A DNA stretch of 64,000 nucleotides, taken from the IMG/VR virus record IMGVR_UViG_3300023174_000151, positions 1-64,000 of that record; one strand, written 5' to 3'. Position numbers and translations under genes: made by a program. The notes under the pieces were generated by a model. It was not told the DNA's origin. It made no database searches and saw only the letters and a program-made list of their open reading frames with translations. Position 1 is the stretch's first letter, and each line of letters starts with the position of its first letter. Below, in pieces: positions 46,282 through 55,884 of the stretch. This DNA is from a virus.

Positions 46282-46869
46282 ATGAGCATTTTAGCTGACT
46301 GGGAAATCAAAAAACTTGCGGAAGAAGAGCAGATGATCGAACCTTTTGCTGACCATCTTGTCAGCAAAGAACATAAACGCAAAATTCTCAGCTACGGCCT
46401 TGGTTCCTATGGTTATGATATTCGGTTATCACCTGAACAGTGTTTAATTTTTGGTAATGTTCAATCAGGTGATTGTGATCCAAAAAACTTTGATCCTGAA
46501 ATTCTTAGACCCACTGAACTACTTAAAGATAAGCGCGGTGACTATTTCTTATTGCCACCTTATGGTTATTGCTTGGGTGTAGCTATGGAACGATTAAAGC
46601 TACCACGTGATATTACCGTTGTAGCTGTCGGTAAGTCAACATATGCACGTTCAGGGATAATGGTAAATATAACTCCTGCAGAAGCGATGTGGGAAGGCTA
46701 TTTAACATTGGAGATTAATAATTGCACTCCTTTATTTAATCGTATTTATGCTAATGAAGGTATTACGCAATTACTTTTTTATCGTGGTAATCCTTGTGAA
46801 GTAAGTTATCAAGATAGGAAAGGTAAGTACCAAGATCAACCGCCAGAGGTTGTGTTTTCTCATGTTTAA
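46282..46869 (+). CDS. dcd: dCTP deaminase
   Basis: SYGL.SYGYDIRL, GKSTYARSG, TP.E..WEG.LTLE, YQDRKGKYQ. Confidence 0.95.
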   Translation: MSILADWEIKKLAEEEQMIEPFADHLVSKEHKRKILSYGLGSYGYDIRLSPEQCLIFGNVQSGDCDPKNFDPEILRPTELLKDKRGDYFLLPPYGYCLGVAMERLKLPRDITVVAVGKSTYARSGIMVNITPAEAMWEGYLTLEINNCTPLFNRIYANEGITQLLFYRGNPCEVSYQDRKGKYQDQPPEVVFSHV

Positions 46870-47336
46870 TAACTATAAGATCTACCTGAGAAGGACTTAG
46901 GTTTGTCAGCATAGTTACTGCCACCACCACCATAACTATCTCCCATACTCGGCAGCTCAACTCCTTCAATCGAAGCAGCACCTCTAGGAGTTCTTCCACG
47001 AATTGCTGGTTCTGCAATGGCAGTACGTTTTTTGTATTCACCAGCAGTCTTTGCTGCTTGCATGAATTTTGAAAGACGTGCTTGTGCGTCTTGCTGCGAG
47101 TTATCAATTGGTTTATAACCTGTTCTTCCTGGGGTATATGCAAAGTCTCGCGCAATGTCTGAAAATATATCTCGCTCTTCTGGATCTAAACGACGTAGAT
47201 CAACATCCCTAGCTTGTTCTGGTCGTAAGTCGGTTACTTCAACACCTGAGGATCCAGGGTCCTTTAGTGGATCGTAAGTGGGATCATAAAAACTTGCCAT
47301 AGTAATATTGTAAGAGGAGATAATCAAGCTTTTCAA
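46866..47336 (-). CDS. hypothetical protein
   Basis: ORF; probable start at MASFY. Confidence 0.6.
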   Translation of the reverse strand: MKSLIISSYNITMASFYDPTYDPLKDPGSSGVEVTDLRPEQARDVDLRRLDPEERDIFSDIARDFAYTPGRTGYKPIDNSQQDAQARLSKFMQAAKTAGEYKKRTAIAEPAIRGRTPRGAASIEGVELPSMGDSYGGGGSNYADKPKSFSGRSYSY

Positions 47337-47341
47337 ATATT

Positions 47342-47686
47342 ATGCATAACAATGCAGCTGGTTTTTTAGACGGATTTATGGATGAGGTGATGTGTCGTTG
47401 TATTGGCGAAGATGACTTTGGTCAACCACTAGCCAATCAGAATAACGATGTTCCCTTACAAGACATGTATAATCGTGGCTTGGTAGCACCAATGCGAGGT
47501 CTTGAACGTAATCCTTTACACATTGAAGGAATGAAGCGGCCTGGTGTATCGGGACTCATTCCTTCCATGGAAGAAGGTGTAGCACTGGGTGCATCACCTA
47601 AGCCACATACCTTGGTACTAGAGTTACCTGAGGCTGATGATGAAATGAAAATACAATCTGCTAAACGTCGTGGCTTAATGCGTTAA
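47342..47686 (+). CDS. hypothetical protein
   Basis: 114-aa ORF. Confidence 0.6.
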   Translation: MHNNAAGFLDGFMDEVMCRCIGEDDFGQPLANQNNDVPLQDMYNRGLVAPMRGLERNPLHIEGMKRPGVSGLIPSMEEGVALGASPKPHTLVLELPEADDEMKIQSAKRRGLMR

Positions 47687-47713
47687 GCTGGCATTTGAAT
47701 TACCCTCTGGTTT

Positions 47714-47941
47714 GTGAATTCAGATCTTGTTGACCATCCTCCGCACTACACGGCGAGTGATAGGGTTGAGTGCATCGAAGCACATGAGGCACAACTAAGT
47801 ACAGACGAATTTCGTGGCTACTTACGTGGCTGCTGTATCAAATATCTTTGGCGCTGTATGCTCAAAGGTAAACCTTTAGAAGATCTTAAGAAATGTCAGT
47901 GGTACCTTAGTAGGTTGATTGACACCTTTCAGAACGGCTGA
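47714..47941 (+). CDS. DUF3310 family protein
   Basis: VDHPPHY...ECIEA...GYLRG..IKYLWR...K..EDL.K..WYL. Confidence 0.85.
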   Translation: MNSDLVDHPPHYTASDRVECIEAHEAQLSTDEFRGYLRGCCIKYLWRCMLKGKPLEDLKKCQWYLSRLIDTFQNG

Positions 47942-48237
47942 AGCAAGTAATCGTCTTCATCATCGTCGTCATCGTCATCAGATATACAAGCTGCCGCGAG
48001 CTCCGCCAGGTCAACATCAGTTGGTTGGCCCCAGGTGATCTCGATATTTTCGCCTGCCATAATATCTTTGACTGCTGTCCACTCCATCATCCGAGTGTAG
48101 TAAAGGTTTAAAAGAGCAGCCTGAAGCTCATCCCAAGTCATTTCTGCGCTTTGGAGTTCAGCTTTCTTCATTGCAAACTGAAGCTCCAAAGGGAGGTCAA
48201 ACTCCCGATGCTCACACGGTTCGACTGAGTGCTCCAT
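47929..48237 (-). CDS. nblA: NblA-like phycobilisome degradation adaptor with acidic tail
   Basis: LPLELQF.M......EMT.DEL...LL.LY..RM....VKDIM. Confidence 0.65.
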   Translation of the reverse strand: MEHSVEPCEHREFDLPLELQFAMKKAELQSAEMTWDELQAALLNLYYTRMMEWTAVKDIMAGENIEITWGQPTDVDLAELAAACISDDDDDDDEDDYLLQPF

Positions 48238-48266
48238 TTTCTCTGCGTGTCTTATGTAATTCTATT

Positions 48267-48932
48267 CTAAGGGTAAGAGTCAAACACACTGCTTAAGACA
48301 CTGTCCGTAGCACCAAGCCATGGGTCATCTGATACTCTAAATCTGTTTGCAAACTCCGATAAAACGTACGGATTAAGTTGTTCTTCCAGATGACGGATGG
48401 CTTCTACTTGATGTGGTGCAGCACTGTAGACTCTAAATGCTGTTAACAAGATGTCTGGAGACGAACGGAAGGGTGTGTTGAGCTGTAGTAGGAATAGATC
48501 AACTTCTTCTCTCCTGCGGTCCAGGAGACCACCAATGACCTTGTAGTCGGCATCGAAGATCCAGTGACCAATGTCCTCAATGGCACCATGAAAATCATCA
48601 GCCTCTAAGCAGTCAATAATTCCGCTGTACAGAAAAGAATCCCAGCCAACCGAATGAATAAAGGAGACTAACGCTTGGCGCATACAACCGTCTAGATTCA
48701 GGCTTAACTTGTCTAGACGTCCTTCAATAATCCCAAGTTCGTGAAATAAATATTCTAATGCTTTTTCTTGACTGCAATACTGACCTTTTTTGACGGGAGC
48801 ACCGTCTGGATAAAATTGAGTTCCATATCCGATAGTGTATGGTTCTTTGCCAGTGTGTTGATCGGGATAGGCTTTTTCACTAAAGCCTTCATATTTACGG
48901 ATCAAATTAACAGCGCAAGATAGATCCGACAT
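48267..48932 (-). CDS. GH24 phage lysozyme
   Basis: YEG...AYPD......TIGYG; ALVSF; GL..RR.EE..LF. Confidence 0.9.
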   Translation of the reverse strand: MSDLSCAVNLIRKYEGFSEKAYPDQHTGKEPYTIGYGTQFYPDGAPVKKGQYCSQEKALEYLFHELGIIEGRLDKLSLNLDGCMRQALVSFIHSVGWDSFLYSGIIDCLEADDFHGAIEDIGHWIFDADYKVIGGLLDRRREEVDLFLLQLNTPFRSSPDILLTAFRVYSAAPHQVEAIRHLEEQLNPYVLSEFANRFRVSDDPWLGATDSVLSSVFDSYP

Positions 48933-49005
48933 AAAAACAATAATTATTACTTCTAATATACACAGAAATTTTTTATTTTGACTTTATGTTTTTGTTTTAT
49001 GCTAG

Positions 49006-49305
49006 CTACCATTTAACCTTGTGACTCCAATATCTAGCACTCATCTTGTCAGGATTAGGATCTTGAGCATTATGTCTAGCGTAATAAGATTTCTTTCGTG
49101 CTTTATCCTTTTCTGTTGTTGGGTTTTTACCAGCGCCTTCTACGCCTTGTTGACCAAAGCGGATAATACGTTCTTCTCCTTTATCACAAGCTTTAACTAC
49201 ATGACTTTTGGTTGGATGACCAGGAGTCTTACGGGGCTTATTACAAGCCATTTTATCTTTCGCTAGCTTGGCTGCACTTGCCGCTTTTTGGTGTTTTTCA
49301 GTCAT
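49006..49305 (-). CDS. conserved basic phage protein
   Basis: KSHVVKA..IIRFGQQG...RKKSYYARH...SARYWS..KW. Confidence 0.7.
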   Translation of the reverse strand: MTEKHQKAASAAKLAKDKMACNKPRKTPGHPTKSHVVKACDKGEERIIRFGQQGVEGAGKNPTTEKDKARKKSYYARHNAQDPNPDKMSARYWSHKVKW

Positions 49306-49310
49306 GTTAG

Positions 49311-51845
49311 TTATTTAAAGTTCTTGGTAAATTCTCCTAGGATATCTGATCCTGATTTGGATTTGTAATCATCATCTTCATCCTCATCATCATCTAATCC
49401 TAATCGAAAAAATTGTGCAGGCGTTTTTACTTTACTATCGGTTTTTTTCTTATCGTCTTCTTGTTCTTCTGGGAACATACCTTGAATTGTATCAAAGTTT
49501 TCAAAAGGATCATCACTTAGCGTTAGTCCGGTTGTTTCAAACTTTGATCCTGTTAAAGCTTTAGTTAAATATTCTTGTTCAGAACGATCACTGTCAGGGA
49601 AAAACTTTTCGTAAAATTCATCTTCTGTTCCTTTGTATCCAGCTTTTTGAAATGTGGTATACAGTGCAGTATCTGATTTGGGTACACCTGTCTTGTAATC
49701 TTCTGGACGTTCAATGTAAGTTATACCAAGTTCTTCTTGTGTTGGACGTTTACGTTTTTCGTTTAAGTACTTAATGTTTTCTCGTATTGTTTGAGCAGAG
49801 CCTGTGCGTAATGCTTCTTTAATTTCTTCTTTAAGTTCCTCTACTGTTCCTTTAAAGTCTTCTAGTCCATTTGCTTTAAGTACTTTGTCCCAAGCTTCTT
49901 TATTTGATGGGTCTATACCTTCAAGCATGTTATCTGCAAATTCTTCTGGTGTAGTAAAAATACCAAAAACAGATCCTAAATCTTTAGCTTCTTTACTTAA
50001 GGCGGGAAGAATATTTTTATAGATTTCATCTTGGATTTTACTGGCGTTAACAATATCGTCAGCACCATCATACCCTTGACCTTGTCCTTTTACTTGGAAG
50101 TGTATACGTGCAAAGGCATCTTTATCGTTAACGTCAATACCAAAACGATAAGCTTGTTGAGCCCAGTACTCATCTCCTTTTTTGGCAGCTTCCCAGTCTT
50201 GTGTTACTGTGTCCATTTGTTTTTTATAGTCTTCTTCTCTGGCTTTATCTCCAGTGGGATTGAAATAAAATTCAGAATTAAAATCACGTGCTGCTGTGTT
50301 TTGAATTTTATCTAAATAGTCTTTTATTCTTCTGTCCGCAACAACTTTTACAGCATTAACAATATCCTGTGTTTGGAAGGGGTTTTGTTCTTCTTGTCTA
50401 ACATCAATGTATTCACTAAATTCATCCATTGAACGAGACGTATTAAATCTTGGAGTCAAATAACCATCAACAAATTTTTTAGCAAAGGCACCATCAATTT
50501 TTAATTGTTCCTCACTATCTTCTGTTTTATAACCTAATTCAATATCTTTTTGATAACGTTCTTTAAGTGTTGTATCAAACCATTTCTGCCAGTTATATAC
50601 TACGTTGTTTCGTACACCTGTAATGTTCTCTAGTTTTTTTTCTAAGTCTTCTTCTGTTTCTTTTGTATTACCTGTTTGAGATAGGATTCCACCAACACCA
50701 CTATCTCCTAGTATTGAGTCACTTAATTGTTTGTTTATATCCATAATTTCACTAAAGCCGCCAAGCCCTTTAAATAAACTAAGCGTTTGCTCCTGTCCTT
50801 TAGCTTTCTTCATTTCAGCAATTGTTTGCTTTAAAACGTCTTGAGCTAAAGCACCAAACTTTTTTGTTTCTGTTAATGCTGTTGCACCAACGGCTTGGTT
50901 AAATGCGTCTTCTAATTCAGTGATTCCACTTTTGGTGCCTACTACACCCTTAAGTATCTCTTTATCTTCTGGTCGTTCTGAAAGACGGAATAACGTTAGA
51001 AACTCATCTTGTTTATCAATGGAAAGATATTTTTCTTTGGCTTGTTTTGCCCAATAGGGATCACCTTTTTTTGCTTTATCCCATGCAGCTGCTATTGCAC
51101 TCCCCTCTCCCATTAAACGAGAAGCTTGTGTACCTGTATTTAACCCTAACTGCTGATCACGAATAGCTTGAATCTCAGCGTCTGTTTTTTTAGCTTCAGT
51201 ATATTTTTTAGTTTCTTCTGCTATTTCCGCTGCATTAGCACGGCGTTTTGCAGCTTTACCGTAGTTGGTGTAATGATTAGCATAGAATCCATTTTCTCCG
51301 TAACGTTCAACAACATCTACGTCATCGTTTTTTACATAACTATCCCATGTATTTTTTACGTCTGGATACTTTTCTTTGTAATACTTTGGATCGAAATCAC
51401 CATAGGGGGGTTTTGATGAGAGTGCTGGATCCCATTTATCAAGTTTTTCATTTACATAAAATTGTCTGTAACTTGTTTTTAATTCTTCAAGTGTTTTTTT
51501 GTCAATGTCTAATTTTTCAATTCCTTCTCTTTGGGAAAGATAGCCTCCTTTTTGTGCTGTACTAGCAGTAGCAATAACTTTGTCATAGGCAGTATTTTTC
51601 TTAGTGTTTAATGTATTTAATTCGTTGTCATCAACTTCAACTAGTTCATCTATCACTTTTGTTGTTGGAGGTGGATAATGTCCTTGTCCTTGTTTATAGT
51701 ATTTACCATCAGCACCAAATCCAGCGTTAGTTGTCCAAGGGCTGGCAGATGTTACTTCTTTTTGATTAGGTACTAATTTTTTATTATCTGTTTTTTCTGG
51801 TACTTTAATCCATTTTTTCTCTAATGCATTATAGGTAAGGGCCAT
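49311..51845 (-). CDS. large putative virion protein
   Basis: 844 aa in the late arm; internal repeat W..AKKGD.YWA.QA. Confidence 0.7.
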   Translation of the reverse strand: MALTYNALEKKWIKVPEKTDNKKLVPNQKEVTSASPWTTNAGFGADGKYYKQGQGHYPPPTTKVIDELVEVDDNELNTLNTKKNTAYDKVIATASTAQKGGYLSQREGIEKLDIDKKTLEELKTSYRQFYVNEKLDKWDPALSSKPPYGDFDPKYYKEKYPDVKNTWDSYVKNDDVDVVERYGENGFYANHYTNYGKAAKRRANAAEIAEETKKYTEAKKTDAEIQAIRDQQLGLNTGTQASRLMGEGSAIAAAWDKAKKGDPYWAKQAKEKYLSIDKQDEFLTLFRLSERPEDKEILKGVVGTKSGITELEDAFNQAVGATALTETKKFGALAQDVLKQTIAEMKKAKGQEQTLSLFKGLGGFSEIMDINKQLSDSILGDSGVGGILSQTGNTKETEEDLEKKLENITGVRNNVVYNWQKWFDTTLKERYQKDIELGYKTEDSEEQLKIDGAFAKKFVDGYLTPRFNTSRSMDEFSEYIDVRQEEQNPFQTQDIVNAVKVVADRRIKDYLDKIQNTAARDFNSEFYFNPTGDKAREEDYKKQMDTVTQDWEAAKKGDEYWAQQAYRFGIDVNDKDAFARIHFQVKGQGQGYDGADDIVNASKIQDEIYKNILPALSKEAKDLGSVFGIFTTPEEFADNMLEGIDPSNKEAWDKVLKANGLEDFKGTVEELKEEIKEALRTGSAQTIRENIKYLNEKRKRPTQEELGITYIERPEDYKTGVPKSDTALYTTFQKAGYKGTEDEFYEKFFPDSDRSEQEYLTKALTGSKFETTGLTLSDDPFENFDTIQGMFPEEQEDDKKKTDSKVKTPAQFFRLGLDDDEDEDDDYKSKSGSDILGEFTKNFK

Positions 51846-51860
51846 TGTAATAAACTTTTG

Positions 51861-52238
51861 TTAACCTGCAACTAGCTCAGGTATAAGACTAGTAATATTA
51901 TAAGCAAAAATATCAATACTTCCTTGGTCCATCCAAGATTTAATACGTGTTAATTTTTGTTCACAAAAATATGTTTGCTGAATATACCATTCTTCCATCT
52001 TATCGCTGCCCTTGTGATTATTGCAACGTTGGCACGCAGGAAGCAGGTTATTACGGTTGTTAGAACCAGAACGAAACCTTGGTATTATGTGATCTAAAGA
52101 CGTAGCTTCCCTGCCACAATAACCACATTTGTAGTCCCAGGATTCGTAGATAGATTGTCGATAACGTCGCTTAGCTAATTTAGGAGTTAATTCAAGGAGA
52201 AGGGAAAGGGGATCCTGCTCACAATTGAACATACTCAA
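51861..52238 (-). CDS. HNH endonuclease
   Basis: CGYCG..LDHIIPR..G.N..NL.PAC..CN..KG. Confidence 0.9.
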   Translation of the reverse strand: MSMFNCEQDPLSLLLELTPKLAKRRYRQSIYESWDYKCGYCGREATSLDHIIPRFRSGSNNRNNLLPACQRCNNHKGSDKMEEWYIQQTYFCEQKLTRIKSWMDQGSIDIFAYNITSLIPELVAG

Positions 52239-52322
52239 TTTGCTGTTATCTTATTTTAATTTCTCTAAACGCGGGGGAAAGAGTATAGATACAGAAGCTT
52301 TCTTGAAGACAGCAACAAGTAT

Positions 52323-53882
52323 TCAAGGCGTATATGCTATACCGTCTTTGTCATACATAGTAAAGTTGGCAATAAGAATACGGTCTGTTGTAATGTTAAA
52401 TAGTTTTTGTAACATTGGATATATCATTGGTGACTGGGAATTGTAAGGTGGCACGTCCATCATTGCCAGTGATCTTCTGGTTGCATAGTATGATCTTGCT
52501 GCTTGTTGTTCTTTTTCTGTTTTAGCAACTAGCTTTTGTTCCCAGTTGACCATACTTTCTGGTCCCACTGGAAAATCAGATGGTTCAGGGGGGAACACAC
52601 GATCTTTAAATCTAAGTGCATAGATGTGTTTGCAATAACGTAACTCATCCAGAAGAGGTGTCCAGTTATCTGTAATAGATGTGATTACATCTTGTGGAAT
52701 GGAGTTTGCGTCTGTACTTGTGATACTTACAGAGTAGTCTTTGTAGTCAGGTAAACCTTCTGCGGAGGAGCCTGGGAGAGCCACGTCAGGTGTGCTACGG
52801 GTGTACAGGAAACCAAACTCACGATAGACTCCAGGGTTGTCTCTGGTGGCTCCTGCTTCGGTTATAGAGCTATCTGAGACTGTGTAATCAAGTCCGAAAG
52901 TATCTGGCGCATATACCTCAATGTTTCTGTCTACAGATGCTGTAGTCATTGCACTGTTATCTAAGGTGCCATCACGTTTTGTTAATTCAAAACGACCTGG
53001 TTTAATCGATGATATATTGTTGCGCGGCATTGCTTGCTTGTTGTTGCTGGAAGTAAGGAAGGAGTAATCCCGATGTGTAAAGTCCTGGCAAGTACAACAG
53101 TATCGTGCTCCTGTTACAAGGTATCTACCTACTGTAAATCCTTGTGGGGATGGACTTATGTACACAGCATCCGGTGTTACGTACACAGAACCAGCCTTCT
53201 TGAACGTAAGTATTCCCGTAAAAGGATCTATATTTGTAGCAACGGCCTGAACATAACCATAACGTTTTTGTGTTGCTGGATCAAACGTTTCTTTTGTAAT
53301 GATGTTTCCACCAACAGTAATAACACGATCTTCAAAAATCTCTGTTGTCGCTGGACGTAAACCATTAGGCTGTCCTGTGACAGGAATGTAGAAGGGCGCG
53401 GGAAGTGGGTTGCCTGAGCTCCAGGTTCCAGCGAGAGTTACATACCAATTCGTTGCGTCTTCTGTGACGCTACTGATATAAAGTCTGTTGGTACTAACGG
53501 GATCAATAAAATCATCACATCGTAATGATCCAGCGTATCGCCATACCGCCCAGTGCATTCCAAGTTCTTTATTTGTAGTTGGAAAACCTACAAAAGCACC
53601 TGAGATTACAGGCGTTGGATTACCACTTGTTGTAGTAGCCGGTATCTCGTAGGAGAATTCATATCTGTAATCAGTGTTATGTGTAGATGCGGTCGCAAGT
53701 TCATAGCCTTTCCTCCAACGTGTCCAAGCAGATTCTCTATTTATTGTGTAAATAGAGTCTGGAATTGAACCACGGGAAAATTCCGTAGTTATTGGTTTCA
53801 CACCCGCTGGTGGAATTATGGGTGCGGTTGATAAGCCACCAAAGGAACTTGAGCCAAAAGAGTTTCCACTCTTCTTTGCCAT
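52323..53882 (-). CDS. late protein with split SWIM-like motif
   Basis: CTCQDF ... CKHI. Confidence 0.6.
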   Translation of the reverse strand: MAKKSGNSFGSSSFGGLSTAPIIPPAGVKPITTEFSRGSIPDSIYTINRESAWTRWRKGYELATASTHNTDYRYEFSYEIPATTTSGNPTPVISGAFVGFPTTNKELGMHWAVWRYAGSLRCDDFIDPVSTNRLYISSVTEDATNWYVTLAGTWSSGNPLPAPFYIPVTGQPNGLRPATTEIFEDRVITVGGNIITKETFDPATQKRYGYVQAVATNIDPFTGILTFKKAGSVYVTPDAVYISPSPQGFTVGRYLVTGARYCCTCQDFTHRDYSFLTSSNNKQAMPRNNISSIKPGRFELTKRDGTLDNSAMTTASVDRNIEVYAPDTFGLDYTVSDSSITEAGATRDNPGVYREFGFLYTRSTPDVALPGSSAEGLPDYKDYSVSITSTDANSIPQDVITSITDNWTPLLDELRYCKHIYALRFKDRVFPPEPSDFPVGPESMVNWEQKLVAKTEKEQQAARSYYATRRSLAMMDVPPYNSQSPMIYPMLQKLFNITTDRILIANFTMYDKDGIAYTP

Positions 53883-53884
53883 GA

Positions 53885-54667
53885 CTAGAAGAAGCCGCCT
53901 TCCGCTATAACGTGAGCACCTGGAATATAACCACTTGAGTTTGGACCATCTGGGAATACACCTACGTAAATTCTGTCGCCACGTTCCAAATAAATTCCTT
54001 TGTTACGTAAAGGTGCGGTCGAACCTAAACCAGTGGTATTACCTGCTTGCACAACAGGTGTCGCAAGTTGAGGCATCACATCAGAACAATCAACTACACC
54101 ACTATCAGCCGGAACTGTCTTAGCAAACAACAATCTGTAATCACCAGAACCAGGGATTGGTATTGTTGTGCCACGGGTGTGATAAAACGCAAAGGTAACT
54201 GCAGGTTTGTATCCGTAGTTAACGCCGTTGTACAAGAAACCTGTAGTTGTACCGCCAGAGTACAAGAGGGAGGTATTAACACCTGTCAATGTTGATGTTC
54301 CTGTATAGGTGTAATAACCAACGCCGCTAGCAGGAGCTGTACCTATACCTGTAACTGCTGTGATCTGAATTATCTGACCACTCACAAAGGAAACAACTTG
54401 ACCAGAACTTGCAATTCCCGTGTAAGTGTAGTCTGGAGCACGATAGAAATCATTACGCACAATCGTAATGGAATCAACAACACCACCATTGTTGGTGTCT
54501 TCGCTAAGAGCTGCGTCCATGTCCACCAAGATTGATGGCCCTTGTCCGCCTTGTACAAAGAGTGTGTTGGAGGATGCACTACCTACAGTCTGTGTAGTTA
54601 CACGGACGGAATCAAATAATGGTCTATCAACCAACAAGGGTTGTTTATTTGTGGCTGTAGAAGACAA
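53885..54667 (-). CDS. putative structural protein
   Basis: Gly/Thr-rich beta protein in the late arm. Confidence 0.65.
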   Translation of the reverse strand: MSSTATNKQPLLVDRPLFDSVRVTTQTVGSASSNTLFVQGGQGPSILVDMDAALSEDTNNGGVVDSITIVRNDFYRAPDYTYTGIASSGQVVSFVSGQIIQITAVTGIGTAPASGVGYYTYTGTSTLTGVNTSLLYSGGTTTGFLYNGVNYGYKPAVTFAFYHTRGTTIPIPGSGDYRLLFAKTVPADSGVVDCSDVMPQLATPVVQAGNTTGLGSTAPLRNKGIYLERGDRIYVGVFPDGPNSSGYIPGAHVIAEGGFF

Positions 54668-54697
54668 TGTACTTACCGCTTTTTATTAATTATAGCG

Positions 54698-54994
54698 TTA
54701 TGTTCCAAGGTTAGACAGGGCTTGGAACTCTTGAAATTTCTGAGGAAGACGCATTTTACTTGTAAATAAAGACTCTGGATTATTTTGTAAATTTAAAAAC
54801 CGTTCAAAAGAACTCCCTGGTTTTGCCAAGGAGTCTTGTATGCTACCTGTAGTAGGGATATCGGCAAACTTAAATTTCTTCTTTGTTAAATAATCAACAA
54901 TAGATTGTGGATCTTCGCGGTATTCTGATAGGCCACTGTTATACACTTCCCCTGGGAGGTAGGAGCTATCTACGTAGTCAGAAAATCTAGCCAT
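54698..54994 (-). CDS. hypothetical protein
   Basis: TGATG coupling. Confidence 0.6.
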   Translation of the reverse strand: MARFSDYVDSSYLPGEVYNSGLSEYREDPQSIVDYLTKKKFKFADIPTTGSIQDSLAKPGSSFERFLNLQNNPESLFTSKMRLPQKFQEFQALSNLGT

Positions 54995-55665
54995 CAGTAC
55001 AACGCAAAAGGATTAGGTGGTATCGCTGGACTAGTTGTAGAAAGCACTCCAGGGAGTACGGATTGCATTACCATCTCTACTAATGTTTTCGCCTTATTAT
55101 TCTTTTCTTCTAACTCTGGCTTTACTGCGCCACCGATGACTGATGCCAAAATATCTTCTACGCTTTTATTTGTAGAAGTAGGTGGTGCAGCAAATGAAGA
55201 TGTAGCTGTTTGTTGAGGCTTATCCAGAAAACTTAATTTATCATACAAAGTACGTGCGGCTTGCATGCGCTCATTTGTTTTTGGAACACCAGCACGCTCA
55301 AAATCAGTTAAGAAACGACGTGACGCTTCTTCTGGAGAAACAGCTTTACGTAAAGAAGCAGCAGCCGCTTTCTCGGGACCACTTAACTCATGTAATAAAA
55401 AGTCCGCTTGTATGCCTGTATTACCTGGATCTGCTTTTCGTCCTTTAGCAAAATTAACAAGAGCAGTTTGACGGTCACCTGTCCATTGACCTAAACCGTA
55501 ACCACCAACACCCCTGGGACCACCAACTGCTCCTCCTTCGTTTATACGAGGATTAAAGTCAGACTCAAGTTGAAAATTACCTAAGACGCCAGCAATCTGT
55601 GCGCGGGTGTAGCCCGCACCTTTCAAACGTTCAGCAACAAGAGTAGCGTTTGGATTTAAAGGCAT
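54994..55665 (-). CDS. phage tail lysozyme-like virion protein
   Basis: AGVLGN..LES.FNP...GYGL.QWT..R...FER; ATG 55665 preferred. Confidence 0.85.
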   Translation of the reverse strand: MPLNPNATLVAERLKGAGYTRAQIAGVLGNFQLESDFNPRINEGGAVGGPRGVGGYGLGQWTGDRQTALVNFAKGRKADPGNTGIQADFLLHELSGPEKAAAASLRKAVSPEEASRRFLTDFERAGVPKTNERMQAARTLYDKLSFLDKPQQTATSSFAAPPTSTNKSVEDILASVIGGAVKPELEEKNNKAKTLVEMVMQSVLPGVLSTTSPAIPPNPFALY

Positions 55666-55669
55666 AACA

Positions 55670-55789
55670 TTAACTTTCTCTAACCCAATTTGATTCGGCC
55701 TTGAGACCTGGTGCAAATACGGCTTGAACAGACGTAATCAAACTAACGGTAGCTGCAAGGCGTCTAACAAAATTAGGACAAAGAGTCAT
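55670..55789 (-). CDS. 39-aa signal-peptide-like ORF (not in ORF track)
   Basis: MTLCPNFVRRLAATVSLITSVQAVFAPGLKAESNWVRES. Confidence 0.45.
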   Translation of the reverse strand: MTLCPNFVRRLAATVSLITSVQAVFAPGLKAESNWVRES

Positions 55790-55847
55790 CAGTTTAAAGC
55801 AACAACACTGGTCTCCGTGAATCAAAGATTCTTATCCAGTTGGGTTC

Positions 55848-55874
55848 TTGGACTTACATGTTGTGCAATGCCAA
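55848..55874 (-). repeat. family C element
   Basis: TTGG-CAT..ATG-TAAGT-CCAA on the minus strand. Confidence 0.55.
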
Positions 55875-55884
55875 TTATATAAAG

